A DNA stretch of 64,000 nt from an uncultured virus (IMG/VR IMGVR_UViG_3300031951_000036) (lineage: Duplodnaviria > Heunggongvirae > Uroviricota > Caudoviricetes). Location: the IMG/VR virus record IMGVR_UViG_3300031951_000036. One strand, written 5' to 3'. A program made the translations under genes and the position numbers. Shown here in pieces: positions 57,256-64,000 of this stretch. How positions within the stretch are numbered: the stretch's first letter is position 1; every line of letters starts with the position of its first letter. A model generated the notes under the pieces. The model made no database searches. It had not been told where the DNA came from and saw nothing but the letters and a program-made list of their open reading frames with translations.

Positions 57256-59085
57256 TTATTTCATCTTGTTGTACTGGCAATTAAAAAATGAAGCACCAAA
57301 GTTTGTAAGGTCATCGGGTAGTTCATGAACCCCCTTATCTCTTGCAGAAAAGTTGAAATTGGTAATATCAGGTCCATAACCTTTAACGCTTACCAGCTCC
57401 ATTAACAAATTAGGATTGGTTTTATCATTGCTGTCAACCGCAGCCATGTGTAAAAATTTTCCATGGTGTGGCCATTTTGCGTTTAATCCACCGCCTACTG
57501 TTATATATGCTGGATTTTGGTCTGCTATGGTAGCAGCAGGATTTAATCCAAAACCTTTACCATCTGCTCTAAACAATAAACCGCTATTTTCAGGCTTAAT
57601 CTTTCTTGTTCCTGTGGTAACACTTGTGTTCACACTATTTGCAGTTGACGAAGTTGGAACATCCCAACCTGTGAGTATGACACCGCCTTGTCGCACTGAA
57701 ACAGGCGTACCGCCAAACTTATTTGGTGTAAGAGTCATTCCATTAGGTAAGGTAACCCTGCGTCCAAGAGAACTGTCAACCAATATGTTATTTGCAAGGT
57801 TTGCAAAGCCCATGTCAAGCACAGACATTGTCATGGTGACAGGATCTATAACCAAAACATCTTGAGCCCTGTTATTAAGTATTACTGGTCCTTGAAGTTG
57901 ATTAGTAGGGTGTCCAATAGCAGGTACAATGTATATTTTTAATGTCTCTAGTGCATGGCTAGCCCCGCGAGGTTTCTCAAGAAATGCATACAGCCCCTCT
58001 AAAGTTTTATAACCATATCCTGAAATGGCATTAGTTGTCAAACCAGGGGCAGAAGACATTTCTCTTAGTGAAAGACCAAACTGGCTCTGGTCAATGTAAA
58101 ATATCCTACCTCTTCCTCTGCCAGGAATAATAAAAATCTTACCGCTGGGGTGTGTAATCATGTCACGAACCTGAATATCAAAATCCTGATAATTACCTCC
58201 AGGTACTGCATAAGGGTGTGTTACACCATCTAAATTTGCAGTATCATAGGAAATATTACCTGATGCGTCAACCCATGACCCCGATTGATCTGTTCCACCT
58301 GACATCCCTCCTGTTGAAGGATTAAAATTTGGCTGAAACATAAAAGATACATTTGCCTTAGTAAAAAAGCTATTCTGTACAACATCCGAATTTGCAAAAG
58401 GTGATGTCACAATTCTGAAAGACCTGGTGTTTGAAGCATTAGCGGGATTTCCACTTTTGTAGTTACCAATCACATAAATGTGATTATCAGTGCCAAGTGC
58501 TAGTCCTGCAATATGTCCAATAGTAAGGCTGGTGTCTGTAGTGGCTTTCAGCGAACTATCAAGTTTCCAGGTGTCTGTTGCAGGATCAAATATCACCCAA
58601 TAGGCAGGAAGTCCTCCTATGAATGGTGCAAAATAAATCAACCCATTACTGGCAAGAATGCCAGGGTGAAACCTCATTGCACTTGCTGTGTTATTTGGTG
58701 ACCATGATTGACGAGCAAAACGATTGGCATCTTCTGGCATAGAGTTATCTGCAACAATGTATGACCTGGTTGCTTTTTGCCAATTACTTGTTTGAAGATT
58801 GTTGTTGTTATCCCTCCACCTGGCATTTGTTGTACCGGGTGTAACCTTACGAATAACAAACTCACGGACAACCCCATCTATGGTAAGCGATCCTCCTGTA
58901 AGAATGCTGTACATGGCACCATTGGGTGCAAGAGTAGGCTTTGTGAATAATCCCAAATTACCATAACTTGAATTTACATCAGTAATTAGCGCCTGCCCCG
59001 TTTGGGTGCCATCCTTTGTATCTTTATAGTGCTCTACAAGATTATATCCCCAGGTAGATGCGCTGTGTGTACCTATACTAAGCAT
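57256..59085 (-). CDS. Beta-propeller-like virion protein (possible fibre tip / adhesin)
   Basis: Blade-like repeats LAPNGAMY, LASNGLIYFAP, LGTDNHIYVI, THPSGKIFIIP, TLPNGMT. Confidence 0.65.
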   Translation of the reverse strand: MLSIGTHSASTWGYNLVEHYKDTKDGTQTGQALITDVNSSYGNLGLFTKPTLAPNGAMYSILTGGSLTIDGVVREFVIRKVTPGTTNARWRDNNNNLQTSNWQKATRSYIVADNSMPEDANRFARQSWSPNNTASAMRFHPGILASNGLIYFAPFIGGLPAYWVIFDPATDTWKLDSSLKATTDTSLTIGHIAGLALGTDNHIYVIGNYKSGNPANASNTRSFRIVTSPFANSDVVQNSFFTKANVSFMFQPNFNPSTGGMSGGTDQSGSWVDASGNISYDTANLDGVTHPYAVPGGNYQDFDIQVRDMITHPSGKIFIIPGRGRGRIFYIDQSQFGLSLREMSSAPGLTTNAISGYGYKTLEGLYAFLEKPRGASHALETLKIYIVPAIGHPTNQLQGPVILNNRAQDVLVIDPVTMTMSVLDMGFANLANNILVDSSLGRRVTLPNGMTLTPNKFGGTPVSVRQGGVILTGWDVPTSSTANSVNTSVTTGTRKIKPENSGLLFRADGKGFGLNPAATIADQNPAYITVGGGLNAKWPHHGKFLHMAAVDSNDKTNPNLLMELVSVKGYGPDITNFNFSARDKGVHELPDDLTNFGASFFNCQYNKMK

Positions 59086-59095
59086 AATCCTCAGT

Positions 59096-60676
59096 TTATA
59101 TAACCACGTTTGTCAAATCGCCAAATAAGAACCACTCGTTTTGACCAACTCTAAGCAAGGTGCATGCACTATACTGAGTCCTAAGGTGTTTCATATTGTT
59201 AGCGCTCAAAATACTGACTGTATTACCTCCGCTTGTTCCAGCCTCAATCCTTACTTGCGAATTACCTTTTTGAAAAATACTTACCTGAAAGTTGACAGGA
59301 AAATAAGTAAGGCTTAAATCCCATGGCACAGTTACCTTTCTCGCTGTGGTGTCGTCGTTCATTACAATGAATACACCTTGGTCAGTAGAACTAGAAACAG
59401 TGGCTCCTCCTACAACCGTACCATTTGCTAAAAGTGTCCAGTCAGTTGAATTAACATTTCTTACAGCATTCACACCTGTTGCACCGCTTGTTCCATTTTG
59501 TCCTGGAGGACCCGCAGGACCCGCAGGACCTGCCGCCCCGTCTGCACCATTTGCACCATTTGCACCTTTTAACAAAAGACCAGTAGTTGGCCATCCAGCT
59601 GCAGTCTTTGGTCCAAACAAAACACCTGTTGCAGTGTTTAGATAATAGTCGCCAACCACACCTCCGGTAGCAGCGCCTGTACCACTAAGTATCTTTGAAC
59701 CATCTGTTCCATTATTACCCTGAGGAATTTGAAAATCATATATGCGATTTTGAGCAGTAGACCCCGCAGCTTCTGTAATCAAAGGATCTGTGTTAGGCAA
59801 ACCTGCAGTAACTGAACCTACAGTAATCGTTGCAGCAGTTCCAGCCGGACCGGCAGTTCCAGCAGGGCCTGGTGAGCCTGCAGGTCCTATTAAATTTACA
59901 CCAGCAGTAGGCCATGCACTACCAACCTTGGGTCCAAACAACTTATACGTTGTAGTGTTTAAGTAAAAATCACCATTGTTCCCATCTGCTGCATTAGGAT
60001 CTGAACCTCCATACAATATGGACTTTCCAGCAGGTCCCTGAGGTCCAGCAGGACCATTTGTACCAGGAGGGCCAGCTAATTGACCTATGTCAACCCATCC
60101 ACATGCATCTGCACTTGAACTAGTGGGATTATAAATATATATTTTACCATTTACACCTGTAGCTTCATCTATTAGCATAATGGCTGTGTTCAAAGCAGGT
60201 GTAACCCCGTTGCCAGCAGCACATGTTCCTCCATATTGAGCAATCATGTCATTATATACAGGAACAAAACCTTCTGGGTTTACAGACTGTCCAGGAGGGC
60301 CTGTTTCTCCCTGAGGACCTACCGCTCCCGAAGCGCTAATAATAATCTCTTGCCCTGGTTGATACACCGTTACAGGTGTACTAGAACCATTAATTGAAAT
60401 TGTACCATCATCCGCAGGTTTCAAAATGAAGTAACCTCCACCTCCACCACCGCCTGTGCCACCACCGCCTGCAGAAATAGATTGCAATATTTCAGTGAGA
60501 TCATCACCAACTGCAGCCATTCCTGGGAGAGCTGGTCCATCGTATCTTACACAAGAAGTGTTTATAATTTCAGCACAAGGTTCTCCCTCCGTGCATGCAG
60601 GAGGAGCAGGAGGTGTTACAGGATTTGTTGTTGGCTCCTGAGAACATCCACAATTTGAAGGGTCTTCTGGGTACAT
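59096..60676 (-). CDS. Collagen-like fibre protein
   Basis: Several Gly-X-Y runs; two GDF/YYLNT.T..LFGPK repeats; C-terminal fibre domain ending LRTQYSACTL...EWFLFGDL. Confidence 0.85.
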   Translation of the reverse strand: MYPEDPSNCGCSQEPTTNPVTPPAPPACTEGEPCAEIINTSCVRYDGPALPGMAAVGDDLTEILQSISAGGGGTGGGGGGGYFILKPADDGTISINGSSTPVTVYQPGQEIIISASGAVGPQGETGPPGQSVNPEGFVPVYNDMIAQYGGTCAAGNGVTPALNTAIMLIDEATGVNGKIYIYNPTSSSADACGWVDIGQLAGPPGTNGPAGPQGPAGKSILYGGSDPNAADGNNGDFYLNTTTYKLFGPKVGSAWPTAGVNLIGPAGSPGPAGTAGPAGTAATITVGSVTAGLPNTDPLITEAAGSTAQNRIYDFQIPQGNNGTDGSKILSGTGAATGGVVGDYYLNTATGVLFGPKTAAGWPTTGLLLKGANGANGADGAAGPAGPAGPPGQNGTSGATGVNAVRNVNSTDWTLLANGTVVGGATVSSSTDQGVFIVMNDDTTARKVTVPWDLSLTYFPVNFQVSIFQKGNSQVRIEAGTSGGNTVSILSANNMKHLRTQYSACTLLRVGQNEWFLFGDLTNVVI

Positions 60677-60699
60677 ATCTTAAGTAATATTTTTAATGG

Positions 60700-62256
60700 T
60701 TAGGTTGATGGACACATTGCTACAACACTGTTTACGCATAATTGGACAGTGCTACCTCCAATGCTCTGTACGCATTTGATAATTCTACTGGTGTTACCGC
60801 AGCTGCTTGTCTGAGCACATTCTGCCTTACCAATGTGCGCATAGGTAACAGTGCCTTGAGACTGACCATTGAGTATGGTGATTACAGAAGTACCAACACT
60901 TGCAACACCGCACTCATTCGTTTCATCATAATCAACGGTTATGCTAATAGCACTACCTGTATTAACTATTGGAGTTCCGCTGGTATTCTGCAGGCGCGCA
61001 ACAGTACGCTTGTTTTGCACAGGATAAGTTACACTGCGGCATGTTGCAATAGAACCTGTTGCGTTCTCTTCAAACAGATAAATACAAAGTGATGTAGCAG
61101 CTACACGAAGTTCACTTATGGTTTGGGCAACTGCGGATTCTCCGCAAGAATAAAGAGCGGTGATCTGAACAACATAAGGTTTGCCTTCTTCCAAAGCCGC
61201 TGTATTCAGATTAATAACATTTGTGGGATGATTAACATATTGAGTGAGTACAGCGCTGCCAGAAGGTAAACCACCAGATGCCATAAACGCTTGAATCATA
61301 TACTCAACAGGAGTTTCGCTGGTTCCAGTCAAAGGTAGAGACCAGCTAACTGTCGCTGTGGTATTGGTCAATCCACTAACAGCAACATTAGTCGGAGGAA
61401 GTAGTACACAAGATGCAACAGGCGTACCACAGCACTCTGTAATCTTTGAGCGCATATCGCAAATAGTCAGCCACATGTTGTTAAGATTCTCCATGAGCGT
61501 TACAGGGCTTATTACCCAACCAGGAAGCTCTTGCATCAACACATCGCTGTCCATTAAAGTAGACTGTGTATCTAGGCCTGTACACTCTGTTGCAATAACA
61601 GCATTGATCTGAGCTACTGTACCTAGTACCTGGGAAAGCGCACAAAACTTATTTTCTAAGTTATAAAAGGCCTGTTGTACAGGAAGAGACGCACCTGGTG
61701 TAGGTCCGCTGGCACACTGTACCGTTACATTTATAAGCGGGTTAACGCTTCCCCCTGAACTGTTGCTTTCCAGCAAAGTCACACGGTTTTCCAGTGACTT
61801 GATGTTGGTATCCAAGTCACCAATTACCAAGTAAATGTCACAAATTGCCTGAGCAATATGCTCTACGTACTCTGTGAGAGGCAGGGTGGTAATGGTGTTC
61901 CCATCGCTATCTGTATACTGCAAACACTCTGGCAAATCATATACTTCAGTTTCAGGAGTAACTATTCCATTGGCTGATAATGCCAGGCAAAGTTTAGTAA
62001 CTACTAACTGGTAAAACTCATCACGGGTGGTAGGTGCAACATCCCCCTCTGTCAAAAGACAGGTCAGGTCAATGTCAAATGCGCTATCTGCTATTTCGCA
62101 GAAAAGCGTACCCAGTTTGTAAACTACCTCGGTAACAGAGTCACCAGAGCAAAGGCTAAGACAAGGAATGTCTGGACCCTGCCAGATCACGCAATTGGAT
62201 GACACCGGAGTGCATGCCTCTGACGTTTGAGTTATGTTGGATTTTACTGGCTTCAT
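60700..62256 (-). CDS. Cys-rich virion protein with a fibronectin type III-like domain
   Basis: SSNCVIWQGPDIPCL; PPTNVAVSGLTNTTATVSW...Y..QITA.YSCGES (FN3 pattern). Confidence 0.75.
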   Translation of the reverse strand: MKPVKSNITQTSEACTPVSSNCVIWQGPDIPCLSLCSGDSVTEVVYKLGTLFCEIADSAFDIDLTCLLTEGDVAPTTRDEFYQLVVTKLCLALSANGIVTPETEVYDLPECLQYTDSDGNTITTLPLTEYVEHIAQAICDIYLVIGDLDTNIKSLENRVTLLESNSSGGSVNPLINVTVQCASGPTPGASLPVQQAFYNLENKFCALSQVLGTVAQINAVIATECTGLDTQSTLMDSDVLMQELPGWVISPVTLMENLNNMWLTICDMRSKITECCGTPVASCVLLPPTNVAVSGLTNTTATVSWSLPLTGTSETPVEYMIQAFMASGGLPSGSAVLTQYVNHPTNVINLNTAALEEGKPYVVQITALYSCGESAVAQTISELRVAATSLCIYLFEENATGSIATCRSVTYPVQNKRTVARLQNTSGTPIVNTGSAISITVDYDETNECGVASVGTSVITILNGQSQGTVTYAHIGKAECAQTSSCGNTSRIIKCVQSIGGSTVQLCVNSVVAMCPST

Positions 62257-62480
62257 AGGGTATTGATTCTTTCTTCAACAGCTGTATGTGAACAACCTTG
62301 ATATTCCACTGAGCATCCGCAGCCCTTGCGCTCCAGGTTACGCATGTAGATGGTGCGTAGGTCATCTGCCAATACCGCATCCACCTTGGCGCGGCAAGAC
62401 TTCAGACCAAAGCGCTTCTTCTGCATTTCCTGAAAAACTGCATCTGCAAAAAGCTCATTGATGTGCTCTAAGGTATTCAC
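62253..62480 (-). CDS. Small hypothetical protein
   Basis: 75 aa. GTG start overlaps the upstream TGA (GTGA); stop overlaps the downstream ATG (ATGA). Confidence 0.7.
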   Translation of the reverse strand: MNTLEHINELFADAVFQEMQKKRFGLKSCRAKVDAVLADDLRTIYMRNLERKGCGCSVEYQGCSHTAVEERINTL

Positions 62481-62641
62481 CTGTTATAGTTGTTGAGATT
62501 GATGTTTTGAATATTCTGGGTCAGCTTTAGCATGTTTTCATACTGCGTAATACAGTTGGAACATACAGAACGTCCGTCTGAAGCTGTGCGTACCTGGCAG
62601 CTACAGCCTAGGTTTGCACTACAGTTGTTACATTTTGCCAT
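62477..62641 (-). CDS. Small Cys-rich 54-aa protein, not in the ORF track: MAKCNNCSANLGCSCQVRTASDGRSVCSNCITQYENMLKLTQNIQNINLNNYNR
   Basis: Fills the gap between 62480 and 62657; CxxC-x5-CxC-x11-CxxC; stop overlaps the next start. Confidence 0.8.
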   Translation of the reverse strand: MAKCNNCSANLGCSCQVRTASDGRSVCSNCITQYENMLKLTQNIQNINLNNYNR

Positions 62642-62656
62642 ATACTTGTTGGTTGG

Positions 62657-63223
62657 TTAGCAATTGCATGTAGAGCAACATCCGCTCTGGTACTTCTTTA
62701 AAAGTTTTTGGGCATAAGTCAGCATGTTAGAGGCATCCTTTGGGGAATGGCAGTATTCAGCCTTTGCCTTAGCCGCATCCAAAAACATCTTGATATACCT
62801 GAGGTCATGCATTTTTTCATGTTGCTCAGGTGTGGGTTCACAAGTTGTCAGCTGTACTTTACACAGCTCTTTATAGTAAGTGTTTAATGTTGCCGTAGTT
62901 CTAAGGTGATAGTACTCTACATACACCTTGTCATTAGGGGACACAGAAAACTTGATGGTATATAAACCGTCTGGCAGCTCTGTGATTGCAGGATTATTTA
63001 CAGGCATTAGACCTAGGTCGGTTGCAGAAAGATTCTTGCAAAATGCAGGCTCAAGACCTTCACTGATATAAACAGGTACGGTATACCCTGGTAGATATAT
63101 GTCTAAACGCTGACAATCTACGGCAAGGCCTTGCGCGTAGACAGATGCGTCACAGATGCGCAAGATGTTCTCACACGCTGTGTCTGGAACATCAAGGGAT
63201 AGGTTGTGTCTGAGTGTTGCCAT
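62657..63223 (-). CDS. Conserved structural-module hypothetical protein
   Basis: 188 aa; LPDGLYTIKFSVSPN motif; C-terminal CCSTCNC; preceded by the shared promoter motif. Confidence 0.75.
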   Translation of the reverse strand: MATLRHNLSLDVPDTACENILRICDASVYAQGLAVDCQRLDIYLPGYTVPVYISEGLEPAFCKNLSATDLGLMPVNNPAITELPDGLYTIKFSVSPNDKVYVEYYHLRTTATLNTYYKELCKVQLTTCEPTPEQHEKMHDLRYIKMFLDAAKAKAEYCHSPKDASNMLTYAQKLLKKYQSGCCSTCNC

Positions 63224-63247
63224 AGGATATAAAATGCAGAGTAATCT

Positions 63248-63267
63248 CTACAATAAGAATTTACAAA
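63248..63267 (-). promoter_or_regulatory. Putative phage promoter, copy 1 (TTTGTAAATTCTTATTGTAG)
   Basis: Directly downstream of a terminator and upstream of the 188-aa gene. Confidence 0.7.
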
Positions 63268-63284
63268 AAAAACAGCTAGAAAAC

Positions 63285-63321
63285 AAAAAAGGAGACCAAG
63301 TTTCCATGATCTCCTTTTTTT
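63285..63321 (-). terminator. Intrinsic terminator
   Basis: AAAAAAGGAGA-N14-TCTCCTTTTTTT inverted repeat just after the stop at 63338. Confidence 0.8.
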
Positions 63322-63337
63322 ATCAGTCAGGTGCTGC

Positions 63338-64000
63338 TTACACAGCTACACCAAATTCATCAACACACTTCACAGGGTTTCCGGCAGCTGCAAAATAGTC
63401 ATTCAAGAAATCAATGAAACCGCTTATAGAAGAGTCAGCGCTGTCAGAAGCAGGGAACACAATTTTGATCAAATATTGATCGCTGTCCATAGTTCCGCTT
63501 GGGTTGCTGCTACGAGGTACATTGTGTAAAATGTGCAATGCCCAGTACTTAGCAGATCTGCTAATATCACCCAAGGTAGTATTACCAAGAATCTCACGCA
63601 TGCGTGGATCTTGTTTCCATGGCTCTTGTCTGTATTCTTTATCCAAGATATACTCACGAACTACAGTTTCTCCAAAACCTTTACCTTGTTTAGCTTGTTG
63701 CAATACATATGCACCACCAGCAGTAATTATAGAAGTTGTAGGATTAGTGATTACACCACCTTTTCCAAAACATGCAGTATCACAAGGAACATTAGTTTGT
63801 TCTACAACTGAAGCATAAATCTCAATTGGTTGATACTCAACATGATCTTTTGGAGAGAATGAACAATCACCAAAAGTAGTATCCATATAAGATGCAGTCA
63901 ATACCAAGAAACAATCATTACTATCTGCATCACCTGCTGTTTCAGGAGCATAATCAGCAAATGCTGTAGTTACTGGAGAATAAAACTTCAAATCGTTTTT
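63338..64000 (-). CDS. C-terminal part of a capsid-region structural protein (5' end outside the window)
   Basis: Frame is open to the window edge; followed by a strong terminator. Cannot tell whether it is an auxiliary capsid protein or another structural protein. Confidence 0.6.
   Translation of the reverse strand, partial: KNDLKFYSPVTTAFADYAPETAGDADSNDCFLVLTASYMDTTFGDCSFSPKDHVEYQPIEIYASVVEQTNVPCDTACFGKGGVITNPTTSIITAGGAYVLQQAKQGKGFGETVVREYILDKEYRQEPWKQDPRMREILGNTTLGDISRSAKYWALHILHNVPRSSNPSGTMDSDQYLIKIVFPASDSADSSISGFIDFLNDYFAAAGNPVKCVDEFGVAV

Noticed and set aside
59505..59570. Short tandem DNA repeats (GGACCCGCA, TGCACCATT) as a possible CRISPR array or VNTR
   Set aside because: Explained by collagen Gly-X-Y coding; no spacers.
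9952..63818. Numerous 60-230 aa plus-strand ORFs and short off-frame ORFs in the track
   Set aside because: They lie antisense to or inside long coherent genes and have low-complexity S/F/L-rich translations typical of shadow ORFs.
117..64000. Stop-codon reassignment, as known in some crAss-like phages; none of the called genes ends in TAG
   Set aside because: All long genes are intact and tightly packed under the standard code, with no in-frame TAG/TGA interruptions. TGA is used as a real stop with coupled overlaps.
1..64000. tRNA, rRNA or cobalamin riboswitch
   Set aside because: Intergenic spaces are short and showed no cloverleaf or B12-box. The 116 nt before nrdJ contain a promoter close to the ATG.

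Overview
Part of a dsDNA phage genome of the crAss-like type (Crassvirales or a close relative), probably infecting a Bacteroidota host. Support: a virion RNA polymerase with a DxDxD motif, crAss-like gene order, TAnnTTTG promoters and no Shine-Dalgarno sites. The first ~2.7 kb (+ strand) ends a replication/nucleotide-metabolism arm: a class II B12-dependent ribonucleotide reductase and a hypothetical gene. The rest (- strand) is the virion arm, which meets the + arm at a bidirectional terminator near 2780. In transcription order it encodes: a partial capsid-region protein, Cys-rich and collagen-like fibre proteins, a metallophosphoesterase, an IHF-like protein, ring/tail-tube proteins, a muzzle/stabilisation protein with a vWA insertion, three modular cargo proteins, an 890-aa cargo protein, three giant ejected proteins (1609, 4129 = vRNAP, 2065 aa) and tail fibres/spike. 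Main observations: (1) the three giant proteins are nearly cysteine-free except for Cys residues at their facing termini, suggesting a head-to-tail disulfide chain; (2) three cargo proteins are strings of modules separated by a recurring xxxGG(L-x-K-F/Y) motif, suggesting processed polyproteins; (3) a 20-bp motif recurs upstream of virion genes and is a candidate phage promoter; (4) two small ORFs are missing from the ORF track. All family assignments come from motifs recognised by eye; no searches were run.
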